DNA of 58,777 bases from Deferribacterales bacterium UBA4806 (GCA_002402635.1 DHGE01000167.1:9241-68017), one strand, 5' to 3'; counted from the first letter of the stretch, positions 22,129 through 32,936 are shown. Numbers and translations are program-made. The notes: generated from the letters alone by a model not told the origin.

Positions 22129-22157
22129 ATTATATTTTGTTATGTTTTAGTTTTCAA
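22129..22157 (-). promoter_or_regulatory. Sigma70 promoter directly ahead of the M14 gene (near-leaderless)
   Basis: Minus strand TTGAAA-17 nt-TATAAT-8 nt-GTG, no SD. Confidence 0.55.
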
Positions 22158-22201
22158 ACAATTTTTTATAAAATATTTCTATGTTAATAAAATAATTTTT
22201 T

Positions 22202-22828
22202 TTAATTTATTGGGAAAACAGCAAAAATAAATGCACTAAAAAAAGCATGAGATACAATATTAGCAACAACATCCTTTCTTAATAAATACTGTAAACCCCA
22301 GTATATACCTGCCACAAAGGCTGCCAATGTAAGCATTACATTACCAGAAAAAATATGCACTAATGCATATACAATACTGACCAGAAGAAAAGCTGGGAAA
22401 GCTCCAATATGCTTTGTAAAGCCTCCCTGCAGAAAAGCCCTCCAGAATATTTCCTCGCCTGGAGAGGTAACAAAAAAGAGTAATATGAATATAAAAACCT
22501 TACTACTGCCACTCCCCATTTCATAAATAAGTCCAACCTGATTATGAGACTCATCAACTATGTAGGGTGCAAGCATATTGCCCATATAAAAGACCATATA
22601 GAGAATAAATGCAGAAACTAATCCCTCTAAAACAGATTTATATGTAATTTTAAAGGGAATTCTTAAAAATAATAAGGCATATAATGTTACAATAATAATA
22701 GCAAAAGCTAATTTATACCAAAAAACACCTTCCTTCATGCCAAATGCACAATACCAACCAAGTGTAGCTAACACTATACCAATTAGTAATATTAATATAT
22801 TATTTTTTCTAAAAGTAAGGTTATACAT
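22202..22828 (-). CDS. CPBP (CAAX/Abi) family intramembrane metalloprotease
   Basis: EEIFWR, YALVH, SHAFF motifs in a multi-TM protein. Confidence 0.88.
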   Translation of the reverse strand: MYNLTFRKNNILILLIGIVLATLGWYCAFGMKEGVFWYKLAFAIIIVTLYALLFLRIPFKITYKSVLEGLVSAFILYMVFYMGNMLAPYIVDESHNQVGLIYEMGSGSSKVFIFILLFFVTSPGEEIFWRAFLQGGFTKHIGAFPAFLLVSIVYALVHIFSGNVMLTLAAFVAGIYWGLQYLLRKDVVANIVSHAFFSAFIFAVFPIN

Positions 22829-23682
22829 AACAACCCTCCATAAATATTAACAAGTTTTGCTGTAAGTGCATCTGCATTATCAGTAAAAGAATTTTTAAAC
22901 TTTTTCAATAATGTTATTGCAACTGGAATAGATAAAAAAACTATTATACCCACTGGTGAGACAATATTAAAAAGAATCATAAACAATGTATAAATATAAG
23001 TAAATCCAAGAAATAAAATAAAGATTTTTATATTTCTTTCTCCACTCTGTAACATCCCTATAGTTTTAATTTTTCTACTTTCATCATATTTTGTATCCCT
23101 TGCATTATTTGCAAATAATACCAAAGCAACCAGTAATCCTTGTGGGATTGAGATTAATAATGCATCTAAACTGAACATATCTCTCTGAACTATGTAGGCT
23201 CCACTAACCATAAGTGGTCCCCAGATAACGAAAACTGCCAATTCACCTAAAGCTCTATATTTAAGAGAAATAGGCTTGCCTGTATAAAATATACTAATCA
23301 GAAGGCCAATAATACATATATAAATGATTTTACTGGAAAAATATACTATAAGTATTACTCCACAAATAAAGGCTAGAAAATACATAATTAAAGATTCAAC
23401 TAAAACTTCATTTTTGCTTAAATAACCTCCAATAATTGGATGTGGTCTATAACGTGTTGTAGGGGCAATTTCAGTATCAACTTTATACTTTGTATCAAAG
23501 TAATCATTTAAAACATTTGTGGCACCATGGATTAAGATTCCACCAGATATTGTAATAATAAAAGCAATCAGCGAAAAACTCCCTGTTTTAAAAGCAACAA
23601 GGCTCCCTAGTAAAATAGAAATAAAAGTCATTGAATAAGACCATGGCCTAGTTGCTATAAAGTAAATTTTAATATCTTTCAT
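22792..23682 (-). CDS. menA: UbiA-family prenyltransferase, 1,4-dihydroxy-2-naphthoate octaprenyltransferase
   Basis: ATRPWS, NVLNDYFD..VD, LKYRALGE, NNARD..YD..IKT. Confidence 0.85.
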   Translation of the reverse strand: MKDIKIYFIATRPWSYSMTFISILLGSLVAFKTGSFSLIAFIITISGGILIHGATNVLNDYFDTKYKVDTEIAPTTRYRPHPIIGGYLSKNEVLVESLIMYFLAFICGVILIVYFSSKIIYICIIGLLISIFYTGKPISLKYRALGELAVFVIWGPLMVSGAYIVQRDMFSLDALLISIPQGLLVALVLFANNARDTKYDESRKIKTIGMLQSGERNIKIFILFLGFTYIYTLFMILFNIVSPVGIIVFLSIPVAITLLKKFKNSFTDNADALTAKLVNIYGGLLCITLLLEKIIY

Positions 23683-23709
23683 TTTAAAGATAAATGTATA
23701 CAGTAATTA

Positions 23710-25983
23710 TTATATTTCTACAATAGTAATTGCATCTCCACCCTCATCAATATGTGCTAGTCTATAACTTTTTATAAACCTGCTCATTTTTAAATATTCA
23801 TGTACTCCTTTTCTGAGAGCACCTGTACCTCTACCATGTATTATATAAAATTTATTAAACCCATCTAAAATCATTTTATCTATAAATTCGTCCAGTAATT
23901 CTCTGGCTTCATCAACTCTCTTACCAACTATATTTATCTCTGGTATATACTTATTAAAATCATCTTTAACAATCTTTACCTGTTTTTTTTCTTCACGAAC
24001 TATTGTGCCCAAGAGATCTCTTTGATCAATATTTATTTTTTTATTATCCAAATTAATCACTGCTTTACCTTCTTTTAATTCAATAATCTCAACTATTTTA
24101 CCTATTTTAGTTAATAATATTTTATCACCTACACTTACATTTTTTGGATACTCATGGGACTCTTTTAGTATATCTATTCTGGATTCAATTTGTTTAGAAG
24201 TTATCTCAATTTCATTTTTATTTATTTTTTTACCTTTTTTATAAAAATTTTTAGCCTTATTTAAATAATAATGAGCTTCTGACAATATTTTCTCTTCTCT
24301 TTCTTTTAAAAGCTTGTCAAAACTTTCCCACTTGTGATTAATATAATCATAAAGTCTTTTTATATTAATAAGAAGTTCATCTACAAAATTGAGTTTTTTC
24401 TGAAGACTTAATTGCATTTCCCTTATCTCATCCAAGGTTTTTTCTCGATCACTATAAATTTCATTATAAATATCTTCTGCTTTTCTCAAGAGACTTTCGG
24501 GAAATCCATATTTTCTTGCAATAATAAAAGGACTTGAATCACCACTAACACCCTCTATTAGCTTATATTTAGGCTTATTAGAATCATAATCATAATCAAC
24601 AGCAAAAACTCTTGCTTTTTTATTGAATATTCCTTCATTTTTTATTTCCTCATAATGTGTTGCAACAAGCACTTTACACCCTCTGGCAACAAGTTCTCTT
24701 ATGATACTCAAAGAAAGTGCAGCTCCTTTTCTTGGTTCCGTATTACTCCCTGGCTCGTCCATAATAATCAATGTATTTTTAGTGTAATATTTTAAAATGT
24801 CATTTAAATTCGAAATATGTGCTGTAAAAGAACTTAAATCCTTTAGTATAGATTGTTTATCGCCAATGTCACTCAACAAGTTTTCAAAATTTATCATTTC
24901 AGCATATTCGCATACTAGAGGTAAGCCACATTTTGCAATTAGACAACAAAGCCCTACTAATTTAATTGCTGCTGTTTTACCACCAGCATTAGGTCCAGTG
25001 ATAATGGATAAAGAAATTCCTTCATCCATAGTAAAATCTATCGGAATAGATTCATTTCTTTTGCTGAAATATATGATTGGATGATGAATATTTTTTAACA
25101 AAATTTTATCTGAAAATATTGGAAAATATGTTGGCATAGAACTATAAAATTTTCCTAATTCAATATAATACACAAATTCCTTATAGATATTAATTGAATT
25201 TTGAAAAACTTCATTATTCTTTTTAAATTCAGAATTTAGTTCCTCTATAATCTTCCGGATTTCCTCCTCTTCTTCCTTTTTGCATTCTCTATAGCTATTA
25301 TTAAGCTCAACAACTTCTATGGGCTCAACATAATAGGTTTGCCCACTTATTGATACATCCTGAACAAGACCATCTATATAATTTCTAAAATTAGATTTAC
25401 ATAAAATGAGATATCTGTTATAGCGTTCTGTTACAATATTATCATTAATAAAATATTTGCTATTTGGACTATATATAACCTTATTCAAAGTACTATTTAT
25501 TTCTTTCCTTAACTTGTGCAACTCTTTTCTGATCTTATATATATTATCATTAGCACTATCTTTTATATACCCTTCATCATCAAAAATCCTCTCTAAATCA
25601 TTATAGAAATCATCAAAAGTATCCATTGAGTGTATTAATTTAGATAACTCATCATATTTTTTTTCATCTTTAAAAATATTTTTGATTTCTTTGATATTTT
25701 TCAGAAAAGTTTTTATAATTAGAAAATCAGTATTTATAAGATAGTAAAAATTCTCTTTAATTTTAAGATATATTAAAAATGTTTTTTCATCATTATATAA
25801 TGAAAACTCGTAATGTCTTGTACAGTCTGAAGATTCTCTTAATAAATTCTGTTTGCGAGTAATAATTTCTAGACCACTTTCAGCTTTAATATCATTAAGA
25901 ACTTCTTTACTGAATGGAGAATTCACTTTATTTTTAATTATATCTATATAAGTATTAAATTCTACCGAATCGTAATCGAACAT
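23710..25983 (-). CDS. mutS2: MutS2 (ATPase + Smr domain)
   Basis: ITGPNAGGKT, DIGDKQSI..LSSFTAH, MDEPG, ATHY, coiled coil, C-terminal IIHGRGTGALR Smr domain. Confidence 0.95.
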   Translation of the reverse strand: MFDYDSVEFNTYIDIIKNKVNSPFSKEVLNDIKAESGLEIITRKQNLLRESSDCTRHYEFSLYNDEKTFLIYLKIKENFYYLINTDFLIIKTFLKNIKEIKNIFKDEKKYDELSKLIHSMDTFDDFYNDLERIFDDEGYIKDSANDNIYKIRKELHKLRKEINSTLNKVIYSPNSKYFINDNIVTERYNRYLILCKSNFRNYIDGLVQDVSISGQTYYVEPIEVVELNNSYRECKKEEEEEIRKIIEELNSEFKKNNEVFQNSINIYKEFVYYIELGKFYSSMPTYFPIFSDKILLKNIHHPIIYFSKRNESIPIDFTMDEGISLSIITGPNAGGKTAAIKLVGLCCLIAKCGLPLVCEYAEMINFENLLSDIGDKQSILKDLSSFTAHISNLNDILKYYTKNTLIIMDEPGSNTEPRKGAALSLSIIRELVARGCKVLVATHYEEIKNEGIFNKKARVFAVDYDYDSNKPKYKLIEGVSGDSSPFIIARKYGFPESLLRKAEDIYNEIYSDREKTLDEIREMQLSLQKKLNFVDELLINIKRLYDYINHKWESFDKLLKEREEKILSEAHYYLNKAKNFYKKGKKINKNEIEITSKQIESRIDILKESHEYPKNVSVGDKILLTKIGKIVEIIELKEGKAVINLDNKKINIDQRDLLGTIVREEKKQVKIVKDDFNKYIPEINIVGKRVDEARELLDEFIDKMILDGFNKFYIIHGRGTGALRKGVHEYLKMSRFIKSYRLAHIDEGGDAITIVEI

Positions 25984-26498
25984 TATATGAGCTGGTTGAA
26001 AGGATTTTCTTTATTTCCATTAGTAATTTTATTCAAATAGTCAAAGGCCTTAGGTGTTATTTCTAATAAATACTTTGTTACAGGAGCTTTCTCAATACTC
26101 TTTTTAAATGAAGAATCATTCTTTATATGAGCAAAAACCAAAGTTAATAAAATTCCAATAAGGATCCCCCCTTTAAAAACACCAAAGAGGAAGCCACCTG
26201 ATCTGTTTGCCCAACCAAGCCTTATGACTTTTAAAAATTTGCTTAAAATTTTAGCAATAATTATTATGATAATATATACAATTAAAAATGTAACCACATA
26301 GCTTATATATCTGGAATAATTTGACGAAATATTAAACTTCTGTAAAAAATTTGCTATATAATAGAAGTATTTATAGGAAACAAGAAATCCTAGAAATAAT
26401 CCACCTAGAGATAGAATCTCCATAATGAAGCCATTAAATAGACCTCTAATGCCAAAAATACCTAAAACGACTAGTATTATTATATCACTTAATTCCAT
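25983..26498 (-). CDS. cvpA: CvpA family membrane protein
   Basis: DIIIL..GIRGLFNGFIMEI, NRSGGFLFG; adjacent to mutS2. Confidence 0.9.
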   Translation of the reverse strand: MELSDIIILVVLGIFGIRGLFNGFIMEILSLGGLFLGFLVSYKYFYYIANFLQKFNISSNYSRYISYVVTFLIVYIIIIIIAKILSKFLKVIRLGWANRSGGFLFGVFKGGILIGILLTLVFAHIKNDSSFKKSIEKAPVTKYLLEITPKAFDYLNKITNGNKENPFNQLI

Positions 26499-26937
26499 CT
26501 ATAATTTCTTTAACCAACCTATTTACTTTTGAACCTTCCGCTCTATTTTTTATTTTTCCAATGACCTTTTTCATGATAACACCAAAATTCTTCTTTTTTG
26601 CTTCTTCCTCTTCGTCTATGGTTTCTCTAATTAATATTCTAATCTCCTCATCAGATAATTGTACTGGCAAATATTTTTCAATAACCTTTATTTCCTCTGT
26701 TTCCTTAACTACCAAGTCTTGTCTAGAACCTTTTTTATACATTTCAATTGATTCTTTTCTTTTTTTTATGGAAGAACTTATAATTTGCAGAACCTCCTCA
26801 TCAGAAAGCTCTTTTCTCTTATCTATCTCCGCATTCTTAATATCTGCCCTAAGTAATCTAATAGCATTGAGTGCTGCTTCGTTCTTTTCCTTCATATAAT
26901 GTTTTAAATCATTCATTATTTGCTCTTTTAAGCTCAT
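26485..26937 (-). CDS. yqeY: GatB/YqeY domain protein
   Basis: DLKHYMKEK, KKRKESIEMY..R.DL..E..E...YLP.QLS, GVIMK. Confidence 0.92.
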   Translation of the reverse strand: MSLKEQIMNDLKHYMKEKNEAALNAIRLLRADIKNAEIDKRKELSDEEVLQIISSSIKKRKESIEMYKKGSRQDLVVKETEEIKVIEKYLPVQLSDEEIRILIRETIDEEEEAKKKNFGVIMKKVIGKIKNRAEGSKVNRLVKEIIDGIK

Positions 26938-27449
26938 ATTGCCTCCTTATTTTTTCCCAAAAGCCTTGCAATTAAATATAAAACATCGGACAATCGATTT
27001 ATATATTGCAAAATATTTCCTGGGACTTCTTTTATATTTATGTTATAAGTTATAATTCTTCTTTCGTATCTACGACAAATTGTTCTACAAATATCAGCTT
27101 TGGCAGCCAATATATTTTCTGATGGTATAATAAATCCTTTAAGCTCACCACATTGAATTTCAAATTCATCAAAGATCTTATCAATTTCTTTTATTTCTTC
27201 ATCAGTTATAATAAAAGATTCCCTCTTATCTCCAATAGTTGCAAAAAAAGAATTAATTTTAAATATCTTTTTCTGCACATTTTCAATAACACTATAGTAT
27301 TGCGGAGTAGAATGCTTTAATTCACCTAAATGGCAGATAAATTCATCACCGGTGCCACATATTTCGCATATTATATGATCCTTGGGCACTCTCTCACCTG
27401 TATATATGCTTGTAAACCCTTTGTCACCTTTTCTCGTTGATATGCTCAT
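26934..27449 (-). CDS. pduO: PduO-type cob(I)alamin adenosyltransferase
   Basis: STRKGDKGFT, GTGDE, RTICRRYER, YINRLSD. Confidence 0.9.
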   Translation of the reverse strand: MSISTRKGDKGFTSIYTGERVPKDHIICEICGTGDEFICHLGELKHSTPQYYSVIENVQKKIFKINSFFATIGDKRESFIITDEEIKEIDKIFDEFEIQCGELKGFIIPSENILAAKADICRTICRRYERRIITYNINIKEVPGNILQYINRLSDVLYLIARLLGKNKEAI

Positions 27450-27452
27450 AAT

Positions 27453-28415
27453 CTACACATTTAACATTTTATTTATATCTAACATATCAAGTTCCAATTC
27501 TTTCTTCTTACTTATAGCTTCTTCTATAGGTATATAATAAAGCTTTGAACCTTTTAATGCAATCATCTTACCATATTCACCTTCAATTAATCCTTCAACA
27601 GCCTTGATCCCCATGGCTGTGGCAAGCATTCTATCAAAATATGTTGGGGAGCCTCCTCTTTGTAGATGTCCCAGTACTGTTATACGTGTATCTATATACC
27701 CCTTTTCTCTGAAAATTTTTGCAATACTACTAGCAGACCCAGCTCCTTCTGCCACAATAATAATACTTCTACTTTTACCCTCTTTATAACGTTGCTTCAC
27801 CATTTCAACAATTTCATCAATATTGATATTTTTTTCTGGAATAAAGGCATACTCTGCGCCACCAGCTATACTTGACATTAAAGCTAAATATCCACAATTT
27901 CTACCCATAACCTCTATTATAAATGTTCTGTCATGAGAAGAGGCTGTATCATTGATAATATCAATAGCATTTATTATGCGATTTAAAGCTGAATCAACAC
28001 CTATTGCAAAATCGGTTCCATATATATCATTATCTATTGAGCCAGGAATACCCATTACCTTTATGTTGTATTGCTTATACAGTATATTGGCACCAGTTAA
28101 TGAACCTTCACCACCTATAACTATCAAACCCTCAATGTTATTTCTATTTAATATATTAACTGCTTCAATTTGTCCTTCAGTTGTCATAAATTTCTTAGAA
28201 CGGGCACTCTTTAATATTGTGCCACCTCTTTGAATGATATTTGCCACATGTGCGCTTGTTAATTCAAAGATATCATCATTTATTAACCCTTCGTAACCAC
28301 GATTAATACCACATACTTTTATTCCTTTAGATATAGATGTCCTGACTATGCTCCTTATGCAGGCATTCATCCCTGGAGAATCACCACCACTTGTCATTAG
28401 TGCAATTTTTTTCAT
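27453..28415 (-). CDS. pfkA: ATP-dependent 6-phosphofructokinase
   Basis: TSGGDSPGMNA, GGEGS, PGSIDND, MGR, LGHLQRGG. A GAGGAG SD supports ATG at 28415 (ORF track starts at 28433). Confidence 0.95.
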   Translation of the reverse strand: MKKIALMTSGGDSPGMNACIRSIVRTSISKGIKVCGINRGYEGLINDDIFELTSAHVANIIQRGGTILKSARSKKFMTTEGQIEAVNILNRNNIEGLIVIGGEGSLTGANILYKQYNIKVMGIPGSIDNDIYGTDFAIGVDSALNRIINAIDIINDTASSHDRTFIIEVMGRNCGYLALMSSIAGGAEYAFIPEKNINIDEIVEMVKQRYKEGKSRSIIIVAEGAGSASSIAKIFREKGYIDTRITVLGHLQRGGSPTYFDRMLATAMGIKAVEGLIEGEYGKMIALKGSKLYYIPIEEAISKKKELELDMLDINKMLNV

Positions 28416-28425
28416 AAAAACTCCT

Positions 28426-29190
28426 CTATTCATTTAAAATTGACAACAATTCTTCATGTATTAATCCATTAGTTGCCACAATAAAACCTGAATCGACTTC
28501 ATGTTTTTCTCCATCAATGTCACTTATTTTCCCACCAGCCTCAGTTACAATAAGTTTGCCTGCTGCTACATCCCAGGGCTTGAGTCCTTTTTCATAAAAC
28601 CCCTCAAACACACCCATTGCTACATAGCATAGATCAAGTGCAGCAGAACCAATTCTTCTAATACCATGACTTGATTCTGATATTTTCTTTAAAATTTCAA
28701 CTAAATGTTTCCCCTCTTTTTGAATAACACCTGATGTAAAACCAGTCACAATTAATGACTCCTCCAATGCTTTTTTATTACTAACGCATAACCTCTTTCC
28801 GTTTAAAAAAGCACCTTCACCTTTACTGGCAACAAATAACTCCTTATAATATGGATTATATACAGCGGCCTCAATAGGCGATCCGTCATTATAAACAGCA
28901 ACAGAAATGGCAAAAAAAGGGAATTTATGATAATAATTGGTAGTTCCGTCTAAAGGATCAATATAAATAACACGACTAGCATCGACTAGCTTATTCTCAG
29001 TTTCTTCAGCCACAATTTTATACCCATTAAATATTTTCAACAATTCTTCTTTAAGGAAGGCCTCTGACTTTAGGTCAATTTCAGTAACAATATCAGATTT
29101 GCCTTTATAATTAGCCTTCACATCTCTGTGCAAACCTTCTAAAAGAATCTCTCCTGCTTTTACAATAACATCTACAAAATTTAAATTCAT
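28426..29190 (-). CDS. suhB: Inositol monophosphatase family protein
   Basis: IDPLDGTTNY, RRIGSAALDL, WDVAAG. Confidence 0.92.
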   Translation of the reverse strand: MNLNFVDVIVKAGEILLEGLHRDVKANYKGKSDIVTEIDLKSEAFLKEELLKIFNGYKIVAEETENKLVDASRVIYIDPLDGTTNYYHKFPFFAISVAVYNDGSPIEAAVYNPYYKELFVASKGEGAFLNGKRLCVSNKKALEESLIVTGFTSGVIQKEGKHLVEILKKISESSHGIRRIGSAALDLCYVAMGVFEGFYEKGLKPWDVAAGKLIVTEAGGKISDIDGEKHEVDSGFIVATNGLIHEELLSILNE

Positions 29191-29372
29191 TTAAAATCCT
29201 CCTTAGCATAAACATAATAGTCCTTTTTTAAAAAAAGTAAATTTCACTTTACATTTTTATTTTTTTACAAATTGAATCTAATCCGATGATATTGACAGTA
29301 AATATTCTTTATTAAAAAACAAATGCTTAAGTAATTTTTAAACACTAATCATATATTATTTATTTATAGGCT

Positions 29373-29837
29373 TTAATGCTTACGCTTGAGTTTGAAAAAA
29401 TCAGACAACAACTTTTCTAAATATGGCTCTCTATAACCATAACCATATTCAACACAGTGATTTAACCCTTTTATATCAAAAATTTGGGCTTTTGAGATCA
29501 CACCACCAAATTTATTTTCTCTAATACAAAAAAAAACTTTTTTTATTCTGTAATGCAGTATAGCTCCACAGCACATAATACAAGGCTCCATAGTTGTGTA
29601 TAAAATGCAGTTATTTAATCTCCAGTCACCCTTAAATTCAGCTGCCTTCTTTAGAGCAACTATTTCTGCATGCCTTAATGGATCAGAGAATTTCTCCTTT
29701 TCATTAAAACCATCTGCTACTATTTTATCATTTTCAACTATTAGACATCCAACAGGAACTTCTCCTAGTTGGGACGCTTTTTCTGCTAGTAAAATGGCTC
29801 TGTCTAAATAGTAGGAATCTTTATCTGTTATAACCAA
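29373..29837 (-). CDS. tadA: tRNA adenosine(34) deaminase
   Basis: GEVPVG, HAE, WRL, EPCIMC. Confidence 0.92.
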   Translation of the reverse strand: MVITDKDSYYLDRAILLAEKASQLGEVPVGCLIVENDKIVADGFNEKEKFSDPLRHAEIVALKKAAEFKGDWRLNNCILYTTMEPCIMCCGAILHYRIKKVFFCIRENKFGGVISKAQIFDIKGLNHCVEYGYGYREPYLEKLLSDFFKLKRKH

Positions 29838-29840
29838 TCT

Positions 29841-30572
29841 TTAAGATAGCTCCATTAATATTTTTATTATACCAATAAACACAATAGCAGCTGTCTCAGC
29901 TTTCAAAATTGATGAGGTAGGTGAAATTATTTGGAAACTCCTTTCTCTTAAGAATTCAACTTCTTCTTTTTCCAATCCCCCTTCTGGCCCAATAAAGAGA
30001 GAAATATCTTTTGCTCTAATTTTTGGGAGAGATTTATCAGCACATCCTTCAAAAAAAAGAAAATTCTCTTTATTTTCTACAACAATATCCTTCAAGTTTA
30101 CTGGTTCTGTAATTTCAGGAATATATTCTAATTCTGCTTGTAGCGCACCTTTAATAATGAGCTCGTTATATCTCCTCAATGTATTCATAGTGATACTACC
30201 ATTACACCTCTGTGTATATACTGGTATAAATCTAGTAACTCCCAATTCTCCGCTTTTTTCTAAGATATTGTCCATATATTCCCTTTTTAAAATCGCCTGA
30301 TATATTGTAAGTTTATAAAGCATCCCCTTAAGTAATCTCTCAGAATTTTTCCCAAGAATTATTTTACCTTTTTTGACATCTACAATTTTATATTCACCAA
30401 TATATTGTCTATTAAGTACATAGATATATTCATTATACTTCATTTTTAAAACATTTTTTAAATAATTATATAATTTACCTTCCACAACTATATTGGTATC
30501 TAAAGACCCTTCAATATAGATTCTTTTATTCGGCACAATCGACTGATTCAAAATTAAAACCTCCCTTTTCAT
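29841..30572 (-). CDS. rsmE: 16S rRNA m3U1498 methyltransferase
   Basis: EKSGELGV, FIGPEGG, ILKAETA SPOUT motifs. True start is probably somewhat downstream (TTG 30551 or GTG 30536). Confidence 0.88.
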   Translation of the reverse strand: MKREVLILNQSIVPNKRIYIEGSLDTNIVVEGKLYNYLKNVLKMKYNEYIYVLNRQYIGEYKIVDVKKGKIILGKNSERLLKGMLYKLTIYQAILKREYMDNILEKSGELGVTRFIPVYTQRCNGSITMNTLRRYNELIIKGALQAELEYIPEITEPVNLKDIVVENKENFLFFEGCADKSLPKIRAKDISLFIGPEGGLEKEEVEFLRERSFQIISPTSSILKAETAAIVFIGIIKILMELS

Positions 30573-31296
30573 CTATAATCATAGCACTTAAAGCATAACC
30601 ATATACACAACCTGTATCCAAATTTACACTTATTATATCTTTGCCATTTTTATTTATATAAGGTGTTTTATAATTATCTGTTAAACCTAAGGAACATAGT
30701 GGAGTATGCCCATGAATAATAATAAAATCATAATATTTCTTTTTTGAAAAATCACAATTTCTTGCCCATATATAAGGATATTTCTGCAGCTTTTGAGTAT
30801 CACTAAGATCTTCATACTGCTTTTCAGGGGGCTTATTAAAATTGTAAATCCCACAATGGCTGATTAAAAATTTTCTATCCCCCATTTTTATAACTACATA
30901 CTCCTTAAAACTATTAAAAAACTGCATATAATTATTAAAATAGGCTCTTATTTTTGTGTAACTTAATTGCATATGACTATTATTTTTTGTAAAATCAGAA
31001 CCCATAAAAGATTGCAGTGTGTATATACCTCCATTATCGAGCCAAAGACTATTATTATATCGCGATTCTCCATTTAGAAAATCCAACATCATATCTTCAT
31101 GATTGCCCAGTAGAAAATGTTTGTCGGAATCCAATTGTAATAAAGTATCTATTACTTCTTTAGAATATTGACCTCTATCTATTAAGTCTCCAACAAAATA
31201 AAAACTATTAACTCTAAATTTCTTAATAAGTACATTTAATAATTTATTTAAACTTTTATTACAGCCATGTACATCACCTATCACTGCTAATTGCAA
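30526..31296 (-). CDS. Calcineurin-like metallophosphoesterase (PPP/ApaH-like phosphatase)
   Basis: Intact GDVHG, GDLIDRG, GNHE, SHCG, HGHTP, DTGC motifs. Confidence 0.9.
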   Translation of the reverse strand: MQLAVIGDVHGCNKSLNKLLNVLIKKFRVNSFYFVGDLIDRGQYSKEVIDTLLQLDSDKHFLLGNHEDMMLDFLNGESRYNNSLWLDNGGIYTLQSFMGSDFTKNNSHMQLSYTKIRAYFNNYMQFFNSFKEYVVIKMGDRKFLISHCGIYNFNKPPEKQYEDLSDTQKLQKYPYIWARNCDFSKKKYYDFIIIHGHTPLCSLGLTDNYKTPYINKNGKDIISVNLDTGCVYGYALSAMIIDEKGGFNFESVDCAE

Positions 31297-32080
31297 AATT
31301 TATACCCCACCAATTATCTCTATATAACAAAGTATTTATTTTATAATTTCTTAGTTTCACACTACTTAAAAAATTTATAAGATCGTCTTTATAAAAACCA
31401 GATAAAATAATATAATAAGGAGCTATATCAATAAAATAATTCCATAAGTAAATTAATGTATCACACAATATATTAGCAACAATAATATTACATTTAATCT
31501 TTTTATAATTTTCTTCAATTGAACCAATATAAACATCTATGTTTTTACAATTATTATTTCTAATATTTTCTTTTATATTACTTATTGCGTTTTTATCAAT
31601 TTCACAGGCATAAATTTTTTTTGCACCTAATTTTTCAGCTAAGATTGATAAAATACCACTACCAGTTCCCACATCTAAGATTATTTGATTTTTACAGATA
31701 TTCTCCAGTAAAGAAGCTGCAATGTGAGTAGTTGGATGACTTCCAGTTCCAAAAGCCAATGATGGCTTTATGTAGATCTCATTTAAATTATCAAAGGTAA
31801 TGTCAACATCGTTTTTGAAAGCAATTCTTTCACAGAGAAGGCCTGGCTTTAAAAAATTTTTCCACTCTTCAAGCCAGTTAATTTCCTTAATATCTCTCTT
31901 TCTAAAGGAAACACCACTATTAAGAAACAATGCGTCCAGATCCTCATCACAATATATTTTAAATAAATTATGGTTATCAAAGCATTCCTCTACAATAGCT
32001 ATATTTCTACTTTCAAAAATTTTTATTAAGGTATCATTTAATGCATCAAAGGAATACTCAAAACAACCATTATTTAACAT
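31274..32080 (-). CDS. prmA: Ribosomal protein L11 methyltransferase
   Basis: WLEEWK, AFGTGSHPTT, LDVGTGSGILSI, VANIL, LSG. Start moved to ATG 32080, which overlaps the trmL stop. Confidence 0.9.
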   Translation of the reverse strand: MLNNGCFEYSFDALNDTLIKIFESRNIAIVEECFDNHNLFKIYCDEDLDALFLNSGVSFRKRDIKEINWLEEWKNFLKPGLLCERIAFKNDVDITFDNLNEIYIKPSLAFGTGSHPTTHIAASLLENICKNQIILDVGTGSGILSILAEKLGAKKIYACEIDKNAISNIKENIRNNNCKNIDVYIGSIEENYKKIKCNIIVANILCDTLIYLWNYFIDIAPYYIILSGFYKDDLINFLSSVKLRNYKINTLLYRDNWWGINFAISSDR

Positions 32081-32544
32081 AATCCATAAAATTTTTGTTT
32101 TGAAAGTAAAGAATATAATACAATGGATACAGAGTTCGCTAAATTCAAACATCTTGCTTCGTTAACCATAGGAATTCTATAAAGTTTATTAATGTAGTGC
32201 ATGTAAAAACATGGTGGTAACCCTTGAGTTTCATTTCCAAAGATTAAAAGAGTCTCTTTTTCACCATCTAAATTTATTTCAGTATATAATTTATTTCCAT
32301 TTTTAGATATAAAGTTATATTCATATATACTATTACTGTATTCATTGAAAAATGAAATTTTATCTTCTATGTATATAACTGACGCCATATCATGATAATC
32401 AAGCCCTGATCTTTTTAATAATTTGTTAGTTAAAGAAAACCCCAATGGGCCTACAAGTATTAATGTGATACCTGTGCAGGCACATAGCCTTATTATATTT
32501 CCTGTATTTTGTGGTATTTCAGGGCAAAGCAATACGATTTTCAT
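32074..32544 (-). CDS. trmL: tRNA (cytidine/uridine-34 2'-O)-methyltransferase
   Basis: PEIPQNTGNIIRLCA, KRSGLDY, FGNETQGLP, RIPM..RCLNLANSV. Confidence 0.93.
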   Translation of the reverse strand: MKIVLLCPEIPQNTGNIIRLCACTGITLILVGPLGFSLTNKLLKRSGLDYHDMASVIYIEDKISFFNEYSNSIYEYNFISKNGNKLYTEINLDGEKETLLIFGNETQGLPPCFYMHYINKLYRIPMVNEARCLNLANSVSIVLYSLLSKQKFYGLC

Positions 32545-32552
32545 TTAGATAA

Positions 32553-32936
32553 TTAAAGGTTACTTTTAGTCTTTAGATATTCTTTAATAGTACGTACAGG
32601 AAAGGTCACATTGTCGCAATCTCCCCATATCGATTCTAAATCATATAACTCTCTTTCATCCTTTCCCATTATATGCAATAAAATATCACCAAAATCAATT
32701 GAAACCCATCTTGATAACTTGTACCCTTCTATATGGTAGATTTTAGATCTCCAAGTTTTTGATTCTTTCATAATGTTATCAACCAAAGAGCTAATGTGAA
32801 CATCAGAAGTTCCAGTACATATAACTAAATAATCCGTTATAGAAGAAACCTTAGAAACATCAAAAATTAAAATATTTTCTGCCTTTTTTTCATCTAATAA
32901 ATAGAACAAATTTTTTAATATAGATTCCTCTTTCAT
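32553..32936 (-). CDS. rsfS: Ribosome silencing factor
   Basis: EKKAENI, DYLVICTG, WVSIDFGDILLHIM, YDLESIW; follows nadD. Confidence 0.93.
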   Translation of the reverse strand: MKEESILKNLFYLLDEKKAENILIFDVSKVSSITDYLVICTGTSDVHISSLVDNIMKESKTWRSKIYHIEGYKLSRWVSIDFGDILLHIMGKDERELYDLESIWGDCDNVTFPVRTIKEYLKTKSNL

